Of a DNA stretch of 64,000 bases, positions 41,822 to 51,640 are shown one piece after another (position 1 is the stretch's first letter; each line of letters begins with the position of its first letter). The notes under the pieces were generated by a model. That model was not told the origin of the DNA, ran no database searches, and was given only the letters and a program-made list of their open reading frames with translations. The DNA comes from an uncultured Thermoleophilaceae bacterium (GTDB lineage: Bacteria > Actinomycetota > Thermoleophilia > Solirubrobacterales > Thermoleophilaceae): NCBI GenBank assembly GCA_963844805.1, contig CAWJPU010000013.1, forward strand, positions 48,788-112,787, given 5' to 3'. Both the position numbers and the translations under genes were made by a program.

Positions 41822-42675
41822 GCCGGCAGCGCCACCCGCGCCGACCCGCGGTCGCGCAGCAGCGGCACCGGGGCCAGCTGCAGTCGCTCGTCGTCGAGCG
41901 AGCGGCCCGCGCGGGGCAGATAGAAGCGGCGAGCGCAGTCCGGGCACGACAGCACGCCCTCGACCAGGATCGCCGACGCCAGCGACGAGCCGCAGGCCAC
42001 GCAGGAGTCGCGGTAGGCCAGCAGCTCGCCCTCGACGTTGGCCACCACGATCCGCTGGCCCTCGACCTCCATCGGGGTCAGCGAGCCCGGCGTGATGTCC
42101 ATCGCCCCGTCGAGGTCGACCCAGCCGTTGACCTTCTCGGGGCCGCCGTTCGACGCCTCGGGGCCGCCCTCGACCACCGCCATCGGCAGCGGCATGCCGG
42201 TGATCTCCTCCAGCGGCGCGGCACCCTCCACGTCCATCCCGCGCAGGTCGGGCGCGGCCTCGCGCAGCGCCCGCTCGACCGTGAGCTCCAGCGTGGACTG
42301 GGAGGCGCCGCAGCCGTCGCAGCTGCCCTGCAGCCGCAGCTTCGCGACGCCGTCCTCGATGCCGAGCAGCTCGATGTTGCCGCCGTGCGACTCCATGTAG
42401 GGCCGCACGCCGTCGAGCGCCGCCGTGACCCGCTCCTCCAGGGACTCCGGGTAGAGCCCGTGGATCAGCATCAGGCTGCCCACCACGCCGTCGCGGGCCA
42501 GCTCGCGGCGGGCGTCGGCCGGGACCGCCTCGAGCAGGCGCTCCAGGCCCTCGCCGTGCATGTCGATGACGGCGGCGACCAGCTGCTCGCCGACGGCCCG
42601 AGCCTGGGGGTCGGAGACCCCCTCGAGCTCGTCGGTGAGCTGCTGTATGCGCTGTAGGAGCTCTTCCGCCTCCAC
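41818..42675 (-). CDS. hhyE: putative Fe-S protein: NifU-like domain plus C-terminal 4-Cys module (HhyE-like)
   Basis: Intact 285-aa ORF. NifU-like HGGNIELLGIEDGVAKLRLQGSCDGCGAS. C-terminal CVACG...CPDC. Immediately downstream of the large subunit. Confidence 0.65.
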   Translation of the reverse strand: MEAEELLQRIQQLTDELEGVSDPQARAVGEQLVAAVIDMHGEGLERLLEAVPADARRELARDGVVGSLMLIHGLYPESLEERVTAALDGVRPYMESHGGNIELLGIEDGVAKLRLQGSCDGCGASQSTLELTVERALREAAPDLRGMDVEGAAPLEEITGMPLPMAVVEGGPEASNGGPEKVNGWVDLDGAMDITPGSLTPMEVEGQRIVVANVEGELLAYRDSCVACGSSLASAILVEGVLSCPDCARRFYLPRAGRSLDDERLQLAPVPLLRDRGSARVALPA

Positions 42676-44463
42676 CTACGACATGCCCGTGGGCCGGTGC
42701 ATCACCTTCCGCACCTGGCCCTTCCCGCCGTACATGTGCACGCCGCACGGCAGGCACGGGTCGAACGAGCGCACGGCGCGCATGATGTCCACGCCCTTGA
42801 ACTTGTCCGGTCCGTTCTCCTCGAAGATCGGCGTGTTCTGCACCGCGTCCTCGTAGGGCCCCGGGGTCCCGTTGCTGTCGCGCGGGCTCGCGTTCCACGG
42901 CGTCGGCGGGTAGGGCTGGTAGTTGGCGATCTTGCCGTCCCTGATGACCATGTGGTGCGACAGCACGCCGCGGGCCGCCTCGTGGAAGCCCACGCTCACG
43001 GCCTCGTCGGGCACGGTCACGTCCGCACAGCTCTTCGTGCGCCCCGCCCGCACCTCGGCCAACGCCTTCTCGACGTTGTAGAGCGCCACCGCGGCCGAGT
43101 AGGCCTGGTGGTAGGAGCGTGCCCGGTCGCGCTCGATGGCGTTCGACTTCTCGGGGACGTTCCACTCGAGCGACATCTCCGGAAGCGCCTGCCCCTTGGG
43201 CAGCGTGATCTGGAGGCTGTGGCCCGTGGCCTTGACGTAGCCCAGGTCCACCAGGCCGGCCTTCGCCGTGACCCACTGGCGCGCGAAGGGCCCGCCGCCG
43301 GTGTCGCAGCACACCTCGGTCTTGGTGCGCTCGTCCCAGACGCGGGGCGAGACCACCCACGAGTACTTCTCCGCGAAGTCGCGCTTCTGCGGCTTGGGCA
43401 GCGTGACCTTGTTCCACGGGTGGCGCGGGTCCACGTCGTTGCCCAGCGGGTCCTTCGTCACGAAGGGCTGCTCGGCGCCCTCCCAGTCGTCGAAGTAGGA
43501 CGAGCCGAGCAGGATGCGGATCATCAGGTTGATCTCGACCAGGTTGGTGGTGACGAGCTCGCCGTTGATGGCGATCCCCGGCGTGACGAACCGCCGGTTG
43601 CCCCACTCCTCCATCGTCTTGTAGTTGTAGAGCTGGTTCGCGTTCTCGGGGTTGTCGAACGCGCCCCAGCAGACCAGGTTGGTGTCCCGGTAGCCGACCA
43701 TGTCGTACCCCGGCAGCGCCTCCAGCCAGAAGTCGTACAGGTCGTCGTGCAGCAGGACCGAGCGCTTGGCGTAGTCCATGTAGCGCATCAGCCGCACGTA
43801 GTAGTCCGTCAGCGTCTGGTGCGTGATGTGCGCGCTGCAGCCGCCCGGCATGATCGTCGACGGGTGGGTGTGCCGGCCGCCGAACAGGACGTACATCTCC
43901 CGCGTGTAGCGCGCCACCTGCAGGGTCTCCAGGTAGAACTCGCCGGTGAACGGGTTCAGCGCCCGCATGATGTCGGCGATCGTCTTGAAGCCGTGGATGT
44001 CGCCGTGCGGGGCGGACGTCTCCTCGGCCTTCTTGAGCACCGAGGGGTTGGTGTCCTTGACCATCTGCTCGCAGAAGTCGACGTTGCACATGCAGTCGTT
44101 GAAGATCGCGTGGTCGAACATGTAGTCCGCCAGCTCCGCGAGGTTGAACGCGTAGTCGCCCAGCGGCGGCACGTGCGCGCCGTAGGCCATGTTCTGGTTC
44201 AGGCACGAGGTCGTGCAGTGGTTGTCGCCGCAGATGCCGCAGATGCGGCTGGTGATGAAGTGCGCGTCCCGCGGGTCGATCCCCTTCATGAAGATGTCGA
44301 ACCCGCGGAAGATCATCGACGTGCTGTGACAGCTGTTGACGACCTGGTTGGCGAAGTCGATCTCCGTGTGGATCCCGAGCGACCCGACGATGCGGGTGAT
44401 CGGGTCCCAGGACATCTCCTTGACCTGGACCTCCTGGCCGCGTGGCGTTTCAACGGTGGCCAT
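42676..44463 (-). CDS. hhyL: [NiFe]-hydrogenase large subunit, group 1h (actinobacterial high-affinity type)
   Basis: Intact 595-aa ORF. N-terminal motif TSRICGICGDNH and C-terminal SFDPCLPCGVH. Confidence 0.93.
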   Translation of the reverse strand: MATVETPRGQEVQVKEMSWDPITRIVGSLGIHTEIDFANQVVNSCHSTSMIFRGFDIFMKGIDPRDAHFITSRICGICGDNHCTTSCLNQNMAYGAHVPPLGDYAFNLAELADYMFDHAIFNDCMCNVDFCEQMVKDTNPSVLKKAEETSAPHGDIHGFKTIADIMRALNPFTGEFYLETLQVARYTREMYVLFGGRHTHPSTIMPGGCSAHITHQTLTDYYVRLMRYMDYAKRSVLLHDDLYDFWLEALPGYDMVGYRDTNLVCWGAFDNPENANQLYNYKTMEEWGNRRFVTPGIAINGELVTTNLVEINLMIRILLGSSYFDDWEGAEQPFVTKDPLGNDVDPRHPWNKVTLPKPQKRDFAEKYSWVVSPRVWDERTKTEVCCDTGGGPFARQWVTAKAGLVDLGYVKATGHSLQITLPKGQALPEMSLEWNVPEKSNAIERDRARSYHQAYSAAVALYNVEKALAEVRAGRTKSCADVTVPDEAVSVGFHEAARGVLSHHMVIRDGKIANYQPYPPTPWNASPRDSNGTPGPYEDAVQNTPIFEENGPDKFKGVDIMRAVRSFDPCLPCGVHMYGGKGQVRKVMHRPTGMS

Positions 44464-44478
44464 TGAGCTTCCTCCCCT

Positions 44479-45543
44479 CTACCAGCGCTTGGCGTAGCCG
44501 GTCGTGAGCTCGCCGCGGTTGTGCCGCCACTCGGGCTCTTTGTCGTACTCCTTGGCGATGTTGCGGTGCCGCATGCGGCTGACCAGCGGCCCGTAGGCGA
44601 ACTTCTGGAAGTTCGAGGCGGCCTTGCCCCACCGGTCCGGCTCCATGAACGGCATGTACTTGTCGGGGAACCCGGGCATCGTGCACGCCATGCAGATGCC
44701 CCCCACGTTCGGGCAGCCCCCCTTGCCGCTCTGCCAGCCGCGCACCGGCACGTTGCACTTGACCACCGGGCCCTTGCAGCCCAGCTTGACCAGGCAGCGC
44801 GGGTCGTCGCCGTACTCGGTGGCGAACTGGCCCTGCTCGGCGAAGCCGGCGCGGTTGCAGCCCTCGCGCACCGTGCGCTCGAACAGCCACTTGGGCCGCA
44901 GCGCCTCGTCCAGCTCGGGGACCGGAGCCATGCCCGCGAGGTGGAACACGAGGTACATCAGCGTCTCGGTCATGTTGTCCGGCTGGGCGGGGCAGCCGGG
45001 GATGCAGACGACCGGCAGGCCGGCCGCGGACTTCCAGTTCCATCCGAGGTAGTCCGGCAGGCCCATGGCGCCCGTCGGGTTGTTCTTCATGGCGGGGATG
45101 CCGCCGTAGGTGGCGCACGTGCCGACCGCGACGACAGCGGCGGCCTTGGGCGCGAGGCGGTCGACCCACTCGTTGGTGGTGATCGGCTGCCCGGTCTCCG
45201 GGTCGTTGCCGATCGCCGCCCAGTGGCCGTCGCCGTTGATCTTCTCGTTGGGGATGGAGCCCTCGACCACGAGCACGAACGGGTCGAGCTTGCCGGCCTC
45301 GGCGTCGTACCACGCCTCCATGAACTCGGCGCCGTTCTCGAAGGCCAGCACGGGGTTGTGCACGATCACCTGCGGCATCCCCGGGATCGCCCCGGTGACG
45401 ATGTCCTCGAGGCTCGGCTCGGTGGCCGAGGTCATCGCGACGGAGTCCCCGTCGCACGACAGCCCGGTGGTCATCCAGATGACGTGGGCGGTGACCGCCT
45501 CCGTCTCGTGCTGCTTGGGAACGAACTCCGTCGCTGTTGCCAT
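44479..45543 (-). CDS. hhyS: [NiFe]-hydrogenase small subunit, group 1h, no Tat signal
   Basis: 354 aa from the ATG at 45543 (GAGGAGAGAGGAG upstream). Starts MATATEFVPKQ with no RRxF motif. GLSCDGD in place of CxGC. Further Cys clusters GTCATYGG, CPGCP, CKGPVVKCN, CMAC. Confidence 0.9.
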   Translation of the reverse strand: MATATEFVPKQHETEAVTAHVIWMTTGLSCDGDSVAMTSATEPSLEDIVTGAIPGMPQVIVHNPVLAFENGAEFMEAWYDAEAGKLDPFVLVVEGSIPNEKINGDGHWAAIGNDPETGQPITTNEWVDRLAPKAAAVVAVGTCATYGGIPAMKNNPTGAMGLPDYLGWNWKSAAGLPVVCIPGCPAQPDNMTETLMYLVFHLAGMAPVPELDEALRPKWLFERTVREGCNRAGFAEQGQFATEYGDDPRCLVKLGCKGPVVKCNVPVRGWQSGKGGCPNVGGICMACTMPGFPDKYMPFMEPDRWGKAASNFQKFAYGPLVSRMRHRNIAKEYDKEPEWRHNRGELTTGYAKRW

Positions 45544-45557
45544 GGGCTCCTCTCTCC

Positions 45558-46703
45558 TCAGCAGATCCGGGGCAATGGATCGCCCGCCAGCAGGTCCATC
45601 ACCCGCTTGCCACCGAACGCCGTCTCCACCAGGACCATGCCCGGGGGCTCGGTCCTGACCTCTCCGATCTCCGCCGCCTCCTCGCAGCCCGGCACCGCCC
45701 TCAGCGCGGACAGGGCCTCCTCGGCCGCCTCGGGCGCGACGAAGGCGACCATGCGGCCCTCGTTCGCCACGTACAGCGGGTCGATTCCCAGCAGCTCCGC
45801 CGCGCCGGCCACCGCCGGGTTCACCGGCACCGACGCCTCGCTCGCGACGCACCGCGACGCCCGGAGGCGCGCGCCAGCTCGTTGAGCACGGTCGCGACGC
45901 CTCCGCGGGTGGCGTCGCGCATGCAGCGCAGGTGCGGGCCGGCCGACTCCATCAGCGCGTCGGCCACCGGCCACAGCGAGCACGTGTCGGACTCGATCTG
46001 CGCCTCGAGCGCGAACTCGTCGCGGGCCAGCATGATCGCCGTGCCGTGCTCGCCCACCGGTCCGGAGACGAGCACGCGGTCGCCCGGGCCGCAGCGCGGT
46101 GGTGGACAGCCGCGCGCGCGGGTCGCGCACGCCGATGCCCGTGGTGTTCACGTACATCGCGTCGGCGTGGCCGCGCTCCACCACCTTGGTGTCGCCGGCC
46201 ACTATCTGAACGGCTGCGGCGCGGGCGGCCCCGGCGATCGCTTCCACCTGGAGTCGAAGGTCGTCCGCGGAGAGACCCTCCTCCAGCACGAGCGAGACGC
46301 TCAGAGCGAGCGGGCGCGCGCCCGCCGCCGCAAGATCGTTGACGGTTCCGTTGACGGCCAGCTCGCCGATCGTGCCCCCGGGGAACTCGATCGGCTTCAC
46401 GACGAAGGTGTCGGTGGTCATCGCGAGCTGCGCGCCGTCGACCTCGACGGCGCCGGCGTCGCCCAGCTCGGCCAGCGGCTGGGAGTCGAAGGCCGGGACG
46501 AACAGCCCCTCGATCAGGCTCTGGGTGGCCTTGCCCCCCGCGCCGTGGGACATGGTGATGCGGTCGTCCTTGAACTTCGGCCGCTTGGCGCGAGCGGTCT
46601 CGATGATCCCGAGGATCTTCTCCTCGCGGGAGGGAGTGCTCCGCGGGGCATCCTGCCCCGCGTCCTGAGACTGACTCTCGGCCTCCGGCCTCGCGTAAGT
46701 CAT
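45558..46703 (-). pseudogene. hypE: hydrogenase maturation protein HypE, frame-broken
   Basis: MSHGAGGKAT, AVNGTVNDLAAAGARP, then (45821..46075) LVSGPVGEHGTAIM...RCMRDATRGG, C-terminus ...GDPLPRIC. Breaks near 46085 and 45850-45880. ATGA overlap with hypD. Confidence 0.88.
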
Positions 46704-47815
46704 ACCGCCTCCCGCTCCTGAGAGAAGCGGCCGTAGTTGTAGTAGGCCGCGCAGGCGCCCTCGGGGGAGACCATGCAGGTGCCGATCGGGCGCTCCGGCG
46801 TGCAGGCGGTGCCGAACACCTTGCACTCCCACGGCTTGATGACGCCCTTGAGCACCTCGCCGCACTGGCACGCCTTGGGGTCGGCCACGCGCACGCCGGG
46901 CACGCCGAAGCGCTCCTCGGCGTCGTAGTCGGCGTAGGCGGCGCTGAGCTTCAGCGCGCTCTGGGAGATGAAGCCGAGGCCGCGCCACTCGAAGTGCGGG
47001 CGCAGCTCGAACACCTGGCCGAGCACCTCGAGCGCCTTCAGGTTGCCCTCGTAGGGCACCACGCGCGTGTACTGGTTCTCGACCTCGCGCCGGCCTTCGG
47101 CCAGCTGCTTGAGGATCATGTGCACCGACTGCAGGACGTCGAGCGGCTCGAACCCCGAGACCACGAGCGGCTTGTCGTAGTCGGCGGGGATGAACTCGAA
47201 CGGCCGGGCGCCCACGACCGTGCACACGTGGCCGGGGCCGATGAAGCCGTCCAGGCGCAGGTCGGGCGAGTCGAGCAGCGCGCGCAGCGGCGGCACGATC
47301 GTCACGTGGTTGCACATGACGCTGAAGTTCTCGACGCCCTCGGCCTTCGCGCGCATCAGCGTGAGCGCCGTGGACGGCGCGGTGGTCTCGAACCCGATCG
47401 CGAAGAAGATGACCTGGCGGTCCGGGTTGGCCTTGGCCATCCGCAGCGCGTCGAGCGGCGAGTAGACCATGCGGATGTCGGCGCCCTCGGCCTTCGCGTC
47501 CAGGAAGCTGCCCTCCGAGCCCGGCACGCGCAGCATGTCGCCGAAGCAGGTGAAGATCACGCCCTCCTGGCGGGCCAGGGCGATGCCGTCGTCCACGCGT
47601 CCCATGGGGATCACGCACACCGGGCAGCCCGGGCCGTGGACCAGCTCCACGTTCTCCGGCAGCAGGTCGTCGATCGCGTACTTGTAGATCGAGTGGGTGT
47701 GGCCGCCGCAGACCTCCATCAGCTTGTAGTGGCGGCCGGGCTCGACGCTGGCGAGGATCTCGCCGGCGAGCGCGCGTCCGAGCTCGGCGTCGCGGAACTC
47801 GTCGACGAACTTCAC
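46700..47815 (-). CDS. hypD: hydrogenase maturation Fe-S protein HypD
   Basis: Intact 371-aa ORF. CGGHTH, GPGCPVCV, FETT and C-terminal Cys cluster. Confidence 0.92.
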   Translation of the reverse strand: MKFVDEFRDAELGRALAGEILASVEPGRHYKLMEVCGGHTHSIYKYAIDDLLPENVELVHGPGCPVCVIPMGRVDDGIALARQEGVIFTCFGDMLRVPGSEGSFLDAKAEGADIRMVYSPLDALRMAKANPDRQVIFFAIGFETTAPSTALTLMRAKAEGVENFSVMCNHVTIVPPLRALLDSPDLRLDGFIGPGHVCTVVGARPFEFIPADYDKPLVVSGFEPLDVLQSVHMILKQLAEGRREVENQYTRVVPYEGNLKALEVLGQVFELRPHFEWRGLGFISQSALKLSAAYADYDAEERFGVPGVRVADPKACQCGEVLKGVIKPWECKVFGTACTPERPIGTCMVSPEGACAAYYNYGRFSQEREAV

Positions 47816-48032
47816 GTGGCGCGCCCTCCACCCGAGCGATCGCGGTCGCGGCGTGCACCATCAGCGTGTCTCCTTCGGCGGCGTCCACCAGCGCGATCTC
47901 GACGGTCTCGCGGCGTCCGTGCTCGTCGGCGCAGAGGGCCAGGCCGCGCTCTTCGTCCGTCTGCAGCACCTGCATCGCCACCGCCTCGTCGCCACACGTG
48001 ATGCAGCCCGAGGTGTGGTCGCAGGAGCTCAC
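47812..48032 (-). pseudogene. small HypC/HupF-like protein with atypical N-terminus, probable frame break at the 3' end
   Basis: MSSCDHTSGCITCGDEAVAMQVLQTDEERGLALCADEHGRRETVEIALVDAAEGDTLMVHAATAIA.... Reaching the stop at 47812 (GTGA overlap with hypD) needs a shift near 47840. Confidence 0.45.
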
Positions 48033-48307
48033 TCGATCGCGCTCGCTTTCAGCTCTTCGAGCTCCTGCTCGTAGTCCGCGCCCATGCCCTCGAGCATCTT
48101 GAGCGTGGCGACGGCCTCCTCCTCGTCCACCTTGGAGAGGGCGAAGCCGACGTGGATCAGGACCCAGTCGCCGGTCTGCAGCGGCTCGGGCCCGTCGTCG
48201 AGGAGGCCGATGTTCACGTTGCGCTGAACACCGGCCACGTCGACCTTGGCGAGGCGGTTCACCTCGTCGACAACCTCAACGATCTGGCCTGGGATGGCCA
48301 GGCACAT
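48029..48307 (-). CDS. hypC: hydrogenase assembly chaperone HypC
   Basis: Intact 92-aa ORF beginning MCLAIPGQIVEV. First gene of the minus-strand hydrogenase cluster. Confidence 0.88.
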   Translation of the reverse strand: MCLAIPGQIVEVVDEVNRLAKVDVAGVQRNVNIGLLDDGPEPLQTGDWVLIHVGFALSKVDEEEAVATLKMLEGMGADYEQELEELKASAIE

Positions 48308-48441
48308 ACCTCTCCCGCCTGCTGCAGCGATGCAGCGTCGGATCTCCTCTCGGCGGGTGGTCTATCACCGCGTGCCAACGGTGCAAGCAGCCCGGCGCGT
48401 AGCCCTCCCGGTTAGGGCCGCCTAACCAACCGGGTACAACG

Positions 48442-48472
48442 ACGACCGCCCGGCGCGGGGCCGGGCGGTCGT
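48442..48472 (-). terminator. 13-bp GC hairpin, candidate terminator after the secreted-protein gene
   Basis: ACGACCGCCCGGC-gcggg-GCCGGGCGGTCGT. A second overlapping inverted repeat CCCGGTTAGG..CCTAACCAACCGGG lies at 48407..48433. No clear T tract. Confidence 0.45.
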
Positions 48473-48497
48473 GTGCTCGGGTGGGTTCGCGGTGGCG

Positions 48498-49435
48498 CTA
48501 GAGGCTGACGCGGAACCTCGCGATCCGCTTGCCCGACTTGTTGCCGGCGCCGGTCCTTGGCGGTCGCCACCACGCGGTAGCGGCCGGTCCGCAGGACCTT
48601 GCGCAGGCGCTTGGAGGTGCGCACCGCGTTGCGGCCCTGCTTGCCCCGCACCGTCAGGGTGCGGACCTTGCGGTACCGGCCTCCGGCCTTGCGCTGGATC
48701 TTCAGCGTGACCCGGGCGCGCTCGGACAGGCGGTAGCTGATCCTGCTGCGCTTGGCCTTGAGCCCGCGCAGTCGCGGCTTGATCCGGTCGCAGCCGCCGG
48801 CGGGACCGGTCTGGTTCTTGCACCGGTCCTGGGTCTCGTCGCCGAAGCCGTCACGGTCGGCGTCGCGCTCGATCTGAGCCTGGACGAGCAGCTCGCCGCC
48901 GCTGTCGCCGGTCGAGGTCCGGGGGGCCTGACCGAGCCCGAGCTGGGGAGCGAACTCGTACGAGTCGTTGCCGCCGTCGGTGTTGTAGGTGGCGCCGTGC
49001 TTGGTCGCGTTGAGCGCCACGTGCACGCCCTTGCGAACGCGCACCCTAGCCGGGAACTCCTCGACGTTGCCGGTGCCCTGGAAGGTCACCGACGGGCCGA
49101 CGGCCGCCGAGGCTCGCCAGCGCGGTCTTGTTGTTGCCGGCGCCCTGCTCGGTGATGTTCGAGAACGCGAACTGCACGTTGTCGGGGGTGTACGAACGAG
49201 CGCGCAGCTTCACCACGACGCCGTCGTAGGGAGCGGGCCGGGGCTTGTTGTCGCCGTTGGGCGGCGTCGGGTGGTTGAGACCGACGAAGGTGCACGGGCC
49301 CAGCGGGTCGCACTCCTCCGGCCCGTTGGCCGGGCCGTGGTTGAGCTGGCTGCCGAACTGGTCGGCGGCCTGGCTGACGCCCGGGAAGGCGAGCACGCCG
49401 GCGAGGGCGAGGGCTGCGGTGATGGATCGCTTCAT
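48498..49435 (-). pseudogene. secreted protein with Asp-rich Ca-binding-like motif and basic C-terminal domain, frame-broken
   Basis: Signal MKRSITAALALAGVLAFPGVSQA (49046..49435). DADRDGFGDETQD and basic domain (48412..49089 frame). Breaks near 49100 and 48545. Corrected tail ...AKDRAGNKSGKRIARFRVSL-stop at about 48498. Confidence 0.55.
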
Positions 49436-49559
49436 CTGATTCCTCCTGAGGGGGTCGGTGTGTCTGGGCTCAAGATCGCCCGGCCCAGGCCCCGCCAGAA
49501 GGCACCTTGAGGGTGGGGAGACTCACCCCTGCCGCCCGGCGCGAACGTATCCTTGGCGG

Positions 49560-51626
49560 GTGGCCGTACGGGTCGAGCAGGTCGCGGCGGCGCTGCCGGC
49601 GTACGAGATCGAGCAGGAGCTCGGCCGCGGCTCGACGGGGGTCGTCCTGGCTGCCCGCCACCGCCAGCTCGGCCGCGAGGTGGCTGTCAAGCTGCTCACG
49701 CCCGGCTACGCCGAGGACCCCGAGCTGCGCAGCCGCTTCCTGAGCGAGGCGCGGCTGCTCGCCTCCTTCAGCCACTCCCACATCGTTCCCGTGTACGACT
49801 TCGTCGAGCACGACGGCAGCTACCTGCTGGTGATGGAGCGCCTGGGCGGCGGCACCCTCGGCACCCACGCCCGCGAGCTCGACCCGCCGGCGGCGGTGGC
49901 CGCCGCCGTCGCCATGTGCTCCGCGCTGCACTACGCGCACGAGCGCGACGTGCTGCACCGCGACGTGAAGCCGGGCAACGCCCTCATCACCCACGACGGC
50001 CTGCTCAAGATGACCGACTTCGGCGTGGCCAAGATGCTCGGCGGCTCGCGCACCTACGCGACCAAGACGGGCTTCATCCTGGGCACGCCGGCCTACATGG
50101 CGCCCGAGCAGGCGGGGGCACCGAGCCGGGGCCGCCCACCGACGTCTACGCCGCGGGCACGGTGCTGTACGAGCTGCTCGCCGGGCGGCTGCCCTACGAG
50201 CACGAGGGCGACGCGCTCCAGATGCTCTACCGGCACGTGCACGTGGACCCCCAGCCGGTGAGCGACCACGCCCCCCACGTGCCTTTCGCCCTGGCCGACG
50301 AGGTGATGCGGTCGCTCGCGCGCGAGCCGGCCGACCGCCACCAGACCGCCGAGGAGCTCGGCGTGGCCATCGCCACCGCCGCCTCGGGCGCGTGGGGCCG
50401 CGACTGGCTCAGCGGCGAGCGCTTCCTGGCGGCGCCCGGGGCGATCCTCTCGGCCGCCCACGGAAGCGGCGGCGGCACGACGGCCCCGCCCGGCGCGACG
50501 GCCCCGCCCGGCGAGGCGCCCCGCCCGGCGAGACGGTGTCCCGTCCGCCGCGGCCGCCGGACGGAGCGCCGCCGCAGGGCCCGCCGCCGGAGGAGCGCCC
50601 GGAGCCCGAGCAGCCGCGGTCGCCCGCCGGCGCCGGCTCGCGCTGGTGCTGGGCGGGCTCGCGGCGCTGCTGGTGGCGATCGCCGTCGTGGCCCTGGCCG
50701 CGGGGGGCGGCGAGGACGAGGGTCAGAAGGGCGCCGCCGCGCCCACCGCGGTGCGCGCCTCGGACTGGCGCGAGCTCCCGCCCGCGCGCGAGGCGCGCCA
50801 GCAGGCCCCGGCGACGGTGCAGTTCGGCACGATCTGGCTCCTGGGCGGCCTGGTCGGCAAGAACTCCTCGAAGGCGACCCGCAGCGTGGAGGGCTTCGAC
50901 ACCGCCATCGACCAGTGGAAGGGCGGCGCACCGCTGCCGGTGCCGCTGCACCACCCGCTGGCCGCGACCTACCGCGGCCGGCTCGTGGTGATGGGCGGCT
51001 GGATCCCGGAGGGCGACGTGCTGTCGGCCAAGTCGTCGAACCGCGTCTGGGAGCTGCGCGGCGAGCGCTGGGTCCCGCTGCCGCCGATGAACTCGCCCCG
51101 CGTGGCGGGCGGCGCCGCGGTGGTGGGCGGCAAGCTGGTGGTGGCCGGCGGGCAGAACCAGGGCCGCCTGGTGGCCACCACGGAGGTCTTCGACGGCAAG
51201 AGCTGGAAGACGGTGGCCGACATGCCGACCCCGCGCGAGCACCTCGGCGTCGCCACGGACGGGCGCTACCTCTACGCCGTCGGCGGCCGCGAGCTCGCGG
51301 CGGACAAGAACCTCGTCCGCGCTCGAGCGCTACGACCCCGCCAAGGACGAGTGGAAGAAGCTGCCCGGGATGCCCAAGCCGCTGGGCGGGCTCGGCGCGG
51401 CGTACGCCGCCGGGCGGCTGGTGGCGGTCGGCGCCGAGACCCCGAACGCGGTGCTGGGCACCACCCTGCTCTACGACGTCGCGCGTCGAGAAGTGGTCCG
51501 CGGCCGACTCCCTGCCCCACGCCCGCCACGGCCTCTCGGTCGCCGCGGTGGGTCGTACGGTCTACGCGCTGGGCGGAGGCCTCCAGCCCGGCCATACGAA
51601 CTCCACCAACGAAGCCGACGCCCTGA
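49560..51626 (+). pseudogene. Ser/Thr protein kinase with TM helix and extracytoplasmic Kelch-repeat beta-propeller, frame-broken
   Basis: Kinase HRDVKPGN, DFG, APE (49458..50261 frame). TM LAALLVAIAVVALAA and Kelch-like repeats (50646..51626 and 49553..51796 frames). At least 4 breaks (near 50125, 50520-50640, 51310, 51490). 3' end approximate. Confidence 0.8.
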
Positions 51627-51640
51627 CGCCTCGAAGCGCG

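Noticed and set aside
48359-48386. TGGCAC element upstream of hypC as a sigma-54 (-24/-12) promoter.
   Set aside because: The downstream half does not match TTGC at the required spacing. Actinobacteria are not known to use sigma-54. A sigma-70-type -35/-10 reading fits better.
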